A DNA stretch of 23,762 nucleotides, from the NCBI GenBank assembly GCA_030141605.1, contig JAQGDQ010001834.1:1-23762 (forward strand). The letters run 5' to 3'. Both the position numbers and the translations under genes were made by a program. Source of the stretch: Tubiluchus corallicola (taxonomy: Eukaryota > Animalia > Priapulida). Position 1 is the first letter of the stretch; the number at the start of each line of letters is the position of its first letter. A model generated the notes under the pieces. It worked only from the letters and a program-made list of their open reading frames with translations, had not been told where the DNA came from and did not search any database. This document shows positions 10,352-21,054 of this stretch, piece by piece.

Positions 10352-13096
10352 GTTTTTCAAACTAGTTTCACTGATTAACAGAATTAACTCCTGTATAAGA
10401 AAATGCATGTTGTGTTCAAATGTTATTCGTACAGTACTTACCATGATTGGTAGTGCTTCATTAAGTGACTTTTGTAAGTTTTAATTTTTATTTCCTCAAG
10501 GTTCTAGAGTTCCATTATAATGTAAGAAAAAAATTGATGTTTCTATGCTGTAAGGCGAATTTGCCGGGATTTCAATAATTTGTAACATCTCTCTCAAAAA
10601 AACTTGCACAATTCATGCATTGCACAGTCACATGCACAGTTGAATCCATTCAAAATCTAAAAAATGTTTGTATTTTTCCTTGTTAGTTTGTGATGTTGGA
10701 TAACGAAATTTTTTGGTATCTCACAAAATGAGACTTGTATTGCTAGTCATTTTTATCTTACCTGTACTAAAAATCCCAAATAATTCAAGTTAAGTTGACC
10801 AGAATCTCCAATGTACTGTTGCCATCTTGCAAGTCTATAGTTGACAATGGGTGGCTTTGCTTACTCTTCATGTACTATTAAAAATCAAATTGATAGCATG
10901 TCACGCTGACTTTTCACTCGTATGATTTTGATTGAGCGTTGAGCGTAGTAGTCTTCGTAGTTACGAAATTGGACTGACCCAGCTGGGATAGCTTTCATTG
11001 TTTACTAGAGTATGCTACTGTATAGCTATCCTGTAAATTATATCTATCCCGTTTTTGACATAGTGTCTATGTGCTCATTTTCACTGAGTGTTAGTTAAAA
11101 TTCCTGTGGAATGTTATGAAAAATCATTATTTATCTTTTTGCATCTTATCGTTAATTAACTGGAATCATTTATTGCTTAAAAGCTGATGTGAATACAATT
11201 TATTTTTATTAACTTTTGTGTTGGCCTTTTTTTGTGTATAATTTGTCATACTGTGAAAAGGAGAATTCTGATCTGAATCATAATGCATAATAAGATCTGA
11301 GCCTCTTATAAGTAGATTATATTGCCCCATTTTCTAGAGCTTGTCTGTAATTCATAGCTATAATACGTAGCTGTGTTAAAATGTATGATTCATGTGTCGC
11401 TTAATTATTCTATTATTACCATAATATATTGTATGACTGTTCGTGTGACTGCCTAATGAGACAAACTTCCCTCCTCGCACGATGTAAACGTCTCACCTTG
11501 CACAGTAAGAGTTGTTGTTATTTCGTTAGCTTAAGACCTTATCTAAGTGGATACAGCGGAATATTTGTTTTGTACAAATCTTAGATTTTTTTTATCAGTT
11601 TTGCTGCTACTGTTTGTTGATTGTTGGCACAGTATTTTGTCTTGAACCAAGCTTAAATTGGTTTAATTGTATTGTGATTTTACGAGAAATAATCTATGAC
11701 ATAAAATGTGTGTTAGTGTATGATACACCGAGTATGCATAATGGAAACAAAAAATATCAAAAATAACATTCCTGCAGTGCTGTATTAAAATAATAGCCAA
11801 ATAATTTAACACTGTTTATGCTAGTCTGTGATAATGTTATTTGAGGATTAAAATAGAGTGATACGTAATGTTGATTGTTTTTAATTTTAAGTGTTAAACA
11901 TTTTTATGGCTTTTAATTATTTTCATGATTGAAATGGAACTAACATGTTTTTTTGGTCATCCCGTTTTGGATATGAGTTTGGTCATCCGATGTATGCTGA
12001 TGATTAACTTTTCCGTATGAACATCTTTTAAAGATTTGTCATAATTATAGTGCACTTTCCTGTCTTTGCATTCCACTCTGCAATAACATTGCATTGCAGA
12101 CGTTGCAGTCTGTTATATTGAGGAATCTGTGTCAGTATACCATGACTTTATTAATAATAGAAATTTGTGAAACAAATTCTGTTATTGGTATTGTTGTCGT
12201 AATTTTGTAATGATGAATTGTAACATACTATTGAATACTTTGTAATTGCACGATAGAAAATAATAGTAATTATTCTTATAAGTTATAACCACATAAGAAA
12301 GGACACACATTTGGTCAGTAAATTCTTATAGTCTAGTAACTGAAATACATTTTTATCTGAAATGGGGAAAAGTCCAAAAAACTATTGAGTTCAAATACTT
12401 CAAAAATGTTATTATAGGTTGCATTGTTCAAGTTACAATAATAATATATATTTTGACTGAGCTGGAAGCAACTTGTGTTAGGTAGCAGGAAAAACAATGT
12501 CAAAAGAATACAGCATTTAATTATAGTTTGATATTTTGAATTGTTTCTCATCAGGCATACTGCCAAAATAGAAATATGGCTGGAAGAAGACGGGTAACAA
12601 AAGTTTCACACGACACGTACAATTAAGTGAACAAAATTTCAGTTTTGGCCTAACCTCTGTATCATAGGCTGATTTCTGTTTCTGATTCTTCAACTGTCTA
12701 CGTCTGTTTTGTGCAAATCATCTTTTAATTTAATTGTTACCTCCTTTTTTATTGGCTGGCTGCTGCTTTTGTTGTTATCACTATGTCACTCTTGCTGATG
12801 GACTATGTTGGTGGTGGTTGTCTGGTTGATGTCATTACTGTTGTCATTATATTTGTAACTGTATTTGTCGAGAATTAGATGTGCAGTGATATTTTATCAA
12901 ACTCAAACATAATTAAACGGGTGCAGTTGATGTATATGCACTGCTGGCTACGGCGGACAGCCATCAATCAAAACGGGCGTAGCGAGTGCTAACTGGTATG
13001 TTCTTGACGATGCATTTGAACGAAAGAAATCATACAACTGCCCTGTAGTTAAGTATGGCGTTTTTGCCACTTTGTGATTATAATTTTTGACCAATT

Positions 13097-13268
13097 ATGG
13101 AGGAAAATACTGATGAACCCACCCAAGAAAAAATAACTGAAAATACAAGAGAGCCGCCAGAGTTAGTATGTGCGTTTTGCAAAGGAAGTTTTTACAATAG
13201 AGAGCCAAAGCTTTTACCTTGCCTGCATACATTTTGTAAGGCGTGTGTTTTGGTGGAAACCGGAGAAA
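13097..13268 (+). CDS. TRIM33: TIF1-family TRIM protein (TRIM24/TRIM33/bonus-like), exon 1: N-terminal part of the RING finger
   Basis: MEENTDEP...CAFC...REPKLLPCLHTFCKAC; 'EPKLLPCLH.FC..C' is characteristic of the TIF1 RING. Donor A|GTACGT at 13268/13269, phase 1. Confidence 0.88.
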
Positions 13269-14300
13269 GTACGTATCATGTTGAAAGCGAGTTTTAGAGT
13301 TTTGTTCTCCATTATGTTCAGAAAGTCACTATATATGACTTTATATGAGTCATTTCACGTGCAGTTAGCTAATTTGCGCGTCAAGCATTCAATGATTCGT
13401 CGTATTTTTGCAAAAAATTTTGAATGTCGTATCAGTCAGAGTTTGTAATACAGTAAGTATAATCCACGGAAAACGAGTTCAAAGAAAAAATGCTGAAGTT
13501 TAGCAAGGGTTTCAACTGTGTCATTCAAGCTAACATGTTTTTCCCGTCTGAATCATCACCCTCGTGTCATTGTGATCATAAGAAATTACAATTACACTTA
13601 CAGCAGTGCTTGAAGTTGCTAAGCCGATTCACCCGCATGTCGGCATGATTGCGTCGTACTTGATGTACATGACATTATTGTGTAAGCACGATCAATAAAT
13701 TCAGCGCCACAGTGCACCGTGATCTTGGTAAATGGTGTCCATTTTGCCCCTTGTTTTAGAACTTTCTCTCGTTATATGCAGAGTATCACCGGGTTGGAAA
13801 ATACCCTTGTAATAAGCAAGATCTCATAATATCAGGGCTTGCTTTAAGCAAAGTTTAAATATATTGTTTAAGCGTAAGATTTGGCTGGACTTTGAAATTT
13901 GCTCGTGGTAACCAGAGCCTCGTTATAAGTGGATTACGCTGCATAATCTATATCCTTTTCTCCATTATGTTTTTACATTTGAGGAAGCCTTCACTAAGTC
14001 TTTCATATTCAAGGTGTCATTTTTCCACGGAAAATGACCGTATTGAGACATGCTATTTTCCCTCTGTTTAACTGAATTTGCTCTAATTGGGAAGTTTATA
14101 AGAAAGATTTATAAAAAATGTCGTACTGGTTATTACTGTATCATTAAAGTACCAAATCTATCATTTATACATCACCATTCTTTGGGATATTTTAAAAAAT
14201 TAAGGGATAAAAACAAAATGTAAATCGCAAACCATATACGAGATAAAATCTCCTTTTTTAATTGACATCATTCTACATTTTGTAGTAGAGTTACTATAGG

Positions 14301-14713
14301 CAGTGGCATATTTAGGGGTTGGGTCCAAGGGGCCTGGCCCCTCCCTTGCCCAGTAACTGTTACAACACACCAAATTAATATTTTCTCTGAATTATAAGCA
14401 TTAGAACAATTTGCTAAATCCTAAAGGTGCCGTGAATTTGTCAAAATCATATATCACAAGTTATGTGCATAATGTATGTTGTATAGTGTATATCAAAACA
14501 ATGGTATTTTTGAGTCAAAGGTGAGGTGACACCTGTTCTAAACTAGTGAGCTTCCTTGAAGAAATGGATTCTAGAAGGCAGAAAAGTGTCTATGATGGAG
14601 TGAAATGTATTGTTGTCCGGGTGGACCTCGCTGGGGAGGTTACACCGCCCCCCGACCCTCTAACTGCTTTTGTTTTGGGCACACCGTTGTTCTGAAACCT
14701 GTATCTGCCCCTG
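14301..14713. mobile_element. Degenerate MITE with CAG(T/G)GGC-type termini
   Basis: Starts CAGTGGCATATTTAGGGG and ends CCTGTATCTGCCCCTG (imperfect TIR), with GC-rich subterminal blocks. No clean TSD. Confidence 0.55.
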
Positions 14714-15499
14714 ATAGATGTCCAGTTAGTGTCACTGACAGGTTGTTTAGTAGTTCAGCGTTATGACTCAGGTATTAAATAAACAAATATACCTGTAACT
14801 GCCATGTCCTACATGAGTAAAACAGAACTTTCAAGTTGCTTGTGCTACCTTCTTATAAAAAAACTCCAACAACATAATTGTGTAGCTTGTATCGTTTAAA
14901 CTGAAAACAAATAAGATAATTTTATATAATTTTGCTCAATTTTACGGAGAAATCTAAACCAAATTGATCTAATTAACTTTAACAAACTTTTACGCAAATT
15001 ATAAAATCTAATCTCTAGTCTTTTTAATAAACAAAGGTTCAAGATTTAAGAAATTAATAAATCAACTTACATGGTGATCTTCTATAAGTGTAGTTATGAA
15101 ATTATAACAACGAATCAATGAATTACGCTAAACAATCTGTAACTGCAGTGTGTGAATACCTGAGTTACTCCAATCTACAGGTAAGTGTACAGGTAAAAGA
15201 CAGGTAAAAGGAAACCAGTTTATAACAGAAAAGAGGGGGCAACACAAGTTTAAATCAGCACATTGTTGAACTTCCAAAGATTGAGTTTCCAGCCACAACA
15301 GGTTAAAATGTTTCCCAGTGGAGTTTGGGAAGTTTCCTAGAAACTAATGCCTTTTCAGCATTTTAGAGTTTTTGTAGCTGTTCAGTAATGTATAATAAGA
15401 ATATACTTCTTATTAAATTTTACCTTTCTATTGAAAAATTTTGTACAATGAATGAAATAATTTAACCAATAAATGTTTATGTATTTCAGTTAGGTATCA

Positions 15500-15717
15500 T
15501 ACATAAATATATGTAAAATTTATATACATAATATATTATATTATATAATTAAATATATATATATATAATATTATATATATTATATAATTTAATATTTAAT
15601 ATTATATTATATTATATTAAATTTATATATAACATATTTATAACAAATATATATATATATTTATCAAGATTTATATTATATATATATAAATATATAATAT
15701 ATATAGTACAATATATA
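15500..15717. repeat. AT-only low-complexity / degenerate (TA)n tract
   Basis: Almost only A and T. TA repeats continue on the other side of the MITE (16675-16720). Confidence 0.85.
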
Positions 15718-16672
15718 CAGTAGGCGCCGCTTAATAGACTCACTTTGGGACCGACGTGTTTTGACCCAATTAACTGGCTGAACCTATTAACCGATGGATG
15801 GTATTGTTACAGGTATGGAAGTATGAGTCTCAGCTTAACATGCGCTGCAAAGGTTTTAAATGAATTTTAGAAATGAAGTAATGCCTAAATTCCTTCGTGC
15901 AGTTAAAAATTAGGAAAAATATTTTAAAATATTAATTTACATGTGAATTAGCAACGAATTAAAAAGTATATTTTTCTAAATCACACAAGTCTGTTTATTC
16001 GCCAAAATAATGGAAATACATCCAAAATTGGTTGATTCATTTTTTGTGACAAGTTTGGTCAGAAAGTTCTCATAGTGATAAAAATGCTTAAAACTGTTGT
16101 TGTATGATACGCAAGTATGTGCTGGAACTGTTGGTGTAGACCGTATTTCTCCGCAGGAGGCTTTGTCTCTAAGCTTCCACTTGCCATCGTGACGTACTTA
16201 TTGTACTGTACCTGCATACGTGGCATAACAGCAATGGCAAACTGATTAAACTTTCGGGGAAAGACAGCCAGGGCTTCAAAAGCAAACCGCTAGACAAGTG
16301 ATTAAATGTTTAGCTTCCAGGAATTCTTGGGTAACGAGATTAATTGCAGTAGAGAGGCAGGTCAAAGCAAACCATTAGGCTATCATATTAGTGCGTGATA
16401 AACCTTCCTGCTTACACATAAAACGGTACTTAACAGGATTCTTTCTATTTATGTTATAGGACAAAAGCCAACTAGAATGATATAAAAGTCATAAAAGCTT
16501 ATTAGTCACACAAAAGTGTCTTATTGAAGCATGTGAAGCAAAAATATTGTGTCAATTATGCGGAGTTATGTGAGTCAATCACCAACAGTTTCTATGTACA
16601 TTTGAATAGAAGCGGCCCGTACCAGGCATTTTTGAGTCAATTAACCGACTGAGTCTATTAAGCGACACCCCC

Positions 16673-16674
<2 letters not shown>
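15718..16674. mobile_element. Tc1/mariner superfamily (pogo/Tigger-like) non-autonomous element inserted in a TA tract
   Basis: TA|CAGTAGGCGCCGCTTAATAGACTCA ... TGAGTCTATTAAGCGACACCCCCTG|TA. 25-bp TIR with 4 mismatches, TA TSD, subterminal (C/T)(A/T)ATTAACCG repeats. Confidence 0.82.
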
Positions 16675-16719
<45 letters not shown>

Positions 16720-16753
16720 TATAATTTCTTACCACATATATACACTTTTACAG

Positions 16754-16860
16754 ATGGAATACTTAAGTGTCCAGCTTGCAAATCTGAGTGGCGACATAGC
16801 CAAATCATTGACAACTATTTTGTATCAGAGCACACCAAACAGGCGGATTCAAATAATGAG
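16754..16860 (+). CDS. TRIM33: TIF1-family TRIM, exon 2: end of the RING finger
   Basis: TTTTACAG| acceptor, phase 1 (A+AT = Asn). GILKCPACKSEWRHSQIIDNYFV supplies the last CxxC and the TIF1-type 'I.DNYFV'. Donor GAG|GTAACT, phase 0. Confidence 0.9.
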
Positions 16861-18097
16861 GTAACTTTATATAACTTTATCAATTTTTTCCAAAATTTGT
16901 GCATAAAGGAATAAATACCTTATTTAGGTATATTTAAACATGCACATTGTAATAGTATTTTTATCAGTTTGTGTGAAAGTTATTTTTGAAGTTGTTGTTC
17001 AGTCACTTTGTTATGATTGAGTTTAGGCACAGAGAAGTATGAATAGGAACCAAAAATCTATAATAAATATTTGCACTGCACACAACAGAAAAGTGTTTAT
17101 TGAACTACACAAAACATGAGTAGCAAAACTGCTGCACTGAACATTGAGCAAAAACTAGAAAGCAAAAACAGTCAGTAAAACCTGTTTCACACCCAGTATA
17201 CAGGTATAGAACTTGACCTATGCAGACTTGCACAGGCTTCACAACAATTATTAATTTTAGATAGGGAGAGGACCAGTGTGTATGTAGTCACTGGACCATA
17301 CAATTATACTGAAGGTAAGTCAGCTGGTAGAATGTAACAAGATTAGCACATAGATGGCAGCACCTAACTACAATGTACAATTCCAACTTCCACAGTTTGA
17401 ATAGCTTTCAAACTCAGGAAATTGAAATCACATTTTTACTCCTCCAAAGTCAATTTTCCAATATATGTCATTGTTTAAGATCTGCACCGTTCTGCTTGTA
17501 ATTTACTATGCTGCAGACAATCAGTAATATGATCTGTTTTTAAATCCCCTGTGCAGACTTTGTTAAACATCGCACTGACTGAGTTAGAAAAAACGTATTT
17601 TATATCGCAAAATTGTTAAATAATCGTATTTGGTCTTTAGTGAGGTTTTCGTTCAAGCTAAACGGACATTCATTGAGTTTACGGGTTCAGCATTGTTTTG
17701 CACGGGAATATATTTCTTCATGTTTGTATTACACTTGAGATTTGCCATCATGGTTAATGTAAATGTATTTAACTGTAATCCAGGTTTTAGCACTGGACAG
17801 CTTCTGGTAGTAAGACAATGGATAATTGTGTTCCATAGAGCTAGAAAATGGTAGCACATTTGACTGTGTACAGTAATACATCACGGAGGTTTCAGGCCCC
17901 ACTTGACTCTTTGAAACTTGACTTATATAATTTCTGTATGATGCTTGGACACTGGGTGTAATTTTCATCTAAATTTTTGGATACTAGATTGAAACCTTAG
18001 TTTGCGTCTCTTAGGTTGTACGTATTTTTGTACTTTTCTTACGTGTGATATTGTGTTACATGTTTTTATTCAGTGTCCGACTGTATTTAACTTTCAG

Positions 18098-18220
18098 GGT
18101 GCTGAAAATACAGAGCGAACGTGCACTAACTGTGATGACGCTGCAGTGGCGACATCTTGGTGTGTAGAATGTGCGGAATGGATGTGTGATGCTTGTGTAC
18201 AGGCACACAAACGTGTCAAG
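18098..18220 (+). CDS. TRIM33: TIF1-family TRIM, exon 3: B-box 1
   Basis: CTTTCAG| acceptor. GAENTERTCTNCDDAAVATSWCVECAEWMCDACVQAHKRVK. Donor AAG|GTAAAT; 123 nt, phase 0/0. Confidence 0.92.
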
Positions 18221-18711
18221 GTAAATAAACGTTGCGAAGTCTAATTTAACGTTACTGAATGAATAGTAGCTTTAATCTCACTGGTGCATTGGCAAAAGAC
18301 AATAACTTAGAGTTCGCCAAAATCTTTATAATGTAATTTATTGACGATTTACAATCAATACAATTACAATTGCAATTACAAGTTACAAAACTGTACATGA
18401 ACAATGCATTACATTACAAGGAAGAAAAAACTACACAGACAGAATCCCGCACCTGGGGTATAATCATCAACACAATACACAATAAAACACAATAATAATA
18501 ATAATAATAATAATCGTAAACGGTATTTACAGTGGTTAAATGTTTCAATTATATTATATTAAGTTGTTTAACAAAGTTTAGTACGCAACTTTATATGATG
18601 GGTCCAATACATTTCAGCATATTAATACATTCATCGTTTACAATATAATATAATAATAGTAATTATAGTGTTATAATATTAAACCTGTCTGTAGTTTCAT
18701 AGGTTCGCATG

Positions 18712-18933
18712 TATTTCACAGGTCACCAAAGGTCACACTGTACAGGATAAGTCACAAGGTTGAGTGTGGCACCGTATTAATATATCACATTATATTTCAC
18801 AGGTCACCAAAGATCACACTGTACAGGATAAGTCACAAGGTGTGAGTGTGGCACCGTATTAATATATCTCAATATATTTCACAGGTGACCAAAGATCACA
18901 CTGTACAAGATAAGTCACAAGGTGTGAGTGTGG
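18712..18933 (+). repeat. Triplicated acceptor plus exon start (periods 81 and 82 bp) at TRIM exon 4
   Basis: TATTTCACAG|GT(C/G)ACCAAAG(G/A)TCACACTGTACA(G/A)GATAAGTCACAAGGT occurs three times, with the AGs ending at 18721, 18802 and 18884. Confidence 0.93.
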
Positions 18934-19030
18934 ATGCAGGAAAGTCTGCAGACAGGTTGCTTATATGCCATATTCATCGACAGGAACCACTTAAACTTTT
19001 CTGTGAAACTTGTGACACTTTAACGTGCAG
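18885..19030 (+). CDS. TRIM33: TIF1-family TRIM, exon 4: linker and B-box 2
   Basis: Third acceptor copy. VTKDHTVQDKSQGVSVDAGKSADRLLICHIHRQEPLKLFCETCDTLTC(R); 'TKDH' and 'LKLFCETCD.LTCRDCQL' are TIF1 signatures. Donor AG|GTAACA, phase 2. Confidence 0.92.
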
Positions 19031-19241
19031 GTAACATCACAGTTAGAAATTACCAACATGTTTTACATGCCTAAACATTTGAAATTTACTAGTACTTGCA
19101 TATTTCATATATAAATTTGTTTCTTGAATACAACAGTTTGCTAAAATCAAAACTGAAATTTGATGAGTAGGTCATGGAAATGGCAATAAAAATTTAAATT
19201 TTTTTTAGTTAATTTACTGCTATAGTACTTACTAAATTATC

Positions 19242-19244
<3 letters not shown>

Positions 19245-19336
<92 letters not shown>
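19245..19336. repeat. (TAA)n microsatellite, about 30 units; probable 3' tail of the adjacent minus-strand SINE
   Basis: Near-perfect trinucleotide run. On the minus strand it follows AATAAAG. Confidence 0.93.
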
Positions 19337-19589
19337 CTTTATTTAAAGTCGGCTTTTGGGTCAACAATTAACATTAGCTCAAAGAGCTATTATCGCCGAC
19401 TGTAAATAACAACCTACAACTATATAACAGAGACTATTATTACCCCACTTTTACCCTAAATACCGCGCGTCAGGCAGGGCAAAAGCAGGTACCATTTTTA
19501 AAGTCTTTGGTATGACCCGGCCGCTGGTTCGAACTCACGACCTCCCAGACGGAAAGCAGACGCATTACCACTAGACTAAACTGTCTGGT
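19337..19589 (-). mobile_element. tRNA-derived SINE
   Basis: On the minus strand: A box TAGTCTAGTGG (19578-19568), B box GAGTTCGAACC (19536-19526), then GGGTCATACCAAAGACTTTAAAAATGGTACC. That segment resembles, from memory, the conserved Meta/MESC SINE core. It is followed by a GTCGGC...GCCGAC stem and an (ATT)n tail. Confidence 0.8.
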
Positions 19590-20703
19590 TGAAATCTACC
19601 CTTAGTTTACATGCTGGAAGATTTCACCAGTTTTAATGGATATAGATTATACTGTAATTCTCACAATTATGGGCAAGCTATCTAAGAAACTTACTAGTCT
19701 TTTATAATTTTTACTAATCTATTTGATTACTGAACATCACAGTAGCTTATCGTGTAGCTAATTTATGATGCGAGTTTTTGTGTCACATTTTGAAACAAGA
19801 ATTGATTTTCCACGGTTTACAATAAAACAATTGGTGGGTCTGACTTTGCTGGCAAGAATTGGTTTGAGGACCAGAACTAAAGATCAGAAGTTGTGGTAAC
19901 AGTGCAGTTGTTTTTAAATAGTTCAGTAGAGTGTAGATGTAGACATCAGGTCCACGGTGGAGGTGTAGTGGCCTGTAGATGTGGACTTTAGGTCCATGCC
20001 GGTCTGAGTGGCTTGCTGGAGACTTGGGCATATTTTCACGGTCGGTGCGTCCCATTAGTGGCATGTCGATAGAGTAATTTGTGCCGTGAAAGTTTTGCTG
20101 AATTTCCCAGCAGTTGTGGATCTGCACTTGCTCTGCCAGGAGGAAGCCTGCAGGAATCACAAAAAGTGCTTAAGAACGTGCTAAAGCTTATTACTATTTA
20201 GACAAAATGAAAAGTTAGATTTAAGAAGACTGAAACACAAATTATTACTTTATGATTCTAGACATTTGAAGCAATTCTAACCAATTTAAACTATTAACTA
20301 ATTATTAAAGTAGATGGTGACTTACATTTACTGGTGACAACTTTGGCTTGAAAATACAACTAGTGTCTGTTAAATTGCAACAAAATAGACAAAGCAATGC
20401 AAGTATCGCCAAACGGCATGACCAGCATAGCGGCAACAGAAAATGTAACTACGTGTAAAAACAAGTGTGATTGATAGGTGGCGTATACTACTAAAGCTTA
20501 GGTCACATGACTAAGGCTGGCTTTGTTTTAAACAGTCTCAGAAAATTCATGTTTGTAAAAATGCGAAAAGAAAACAAATAATTATAGAATGCTAGATTAA
20601 ATGGCTTAACACCAACATTTTTTATGACGGATTTGTGGGTCATTTTATGAGTATTTTCAGCTTTTGTTGCTTTTAGAAACTTGTGTTGTTCTTGTATTCG
20701 CAG

Positions 20704-20860
20704 AGACTGTCAGCTTGTCATGCATAAAGATCACAAGTATCAGTTTATCGGAGAAGCGGCTACGCAACACAAACAGTGTCTAGCTACTCTTATACAAAAA
20801 ATGATTGAAAAGAAATCTTACATTGAAAGTGCACAGGCTCTGATTAATCAACGGAATCAG
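20704..20860 (+). CDS. TRIM33: TIF1-family TRIM, exon 5: end of B-box 2 and start of the coiled-coil
   Basis: TTCGCAG| acceptor fits phase 2 (AG+A = Arg). DCQLVMHKDHKYQFIGEAATQHKQCLATLIQKMIEKKSYIESAQALINQRNQ. Donor CAG|GTAAGA, phase 0. Confidence 0.92.
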
Positions 20861-21054
20861 GTAAGATAAGATTTGTGAGGCAACAGCCATTTTGAAATTA
20901 GCAAATCTAATGATGCTAAAAGTTTAGCATTAGGTAAAACGATGATTCATTAATACCAACCATTTATATCGTTATCATCGTTGAGGAAATGTTTTGGCTT
21001 AGTTATGAAGAAATTGCTCATAATTTTTGTGATTTATTTTTGCTTAATTTTGAT

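Noticed and set aside
14766-15165. MITE bounded by the 11-bp inverted repeat ACTCAGGTATT/AATACCTGAGT
   Set aside because: Short IR in AT-rich DNA with no TSD; not enough support.
19515-19589. Functional tRNA gene
   Set aside because: A and B boxes are present, but there is no convincing acceptor stem and the sequence runs into a SINE core and tail.
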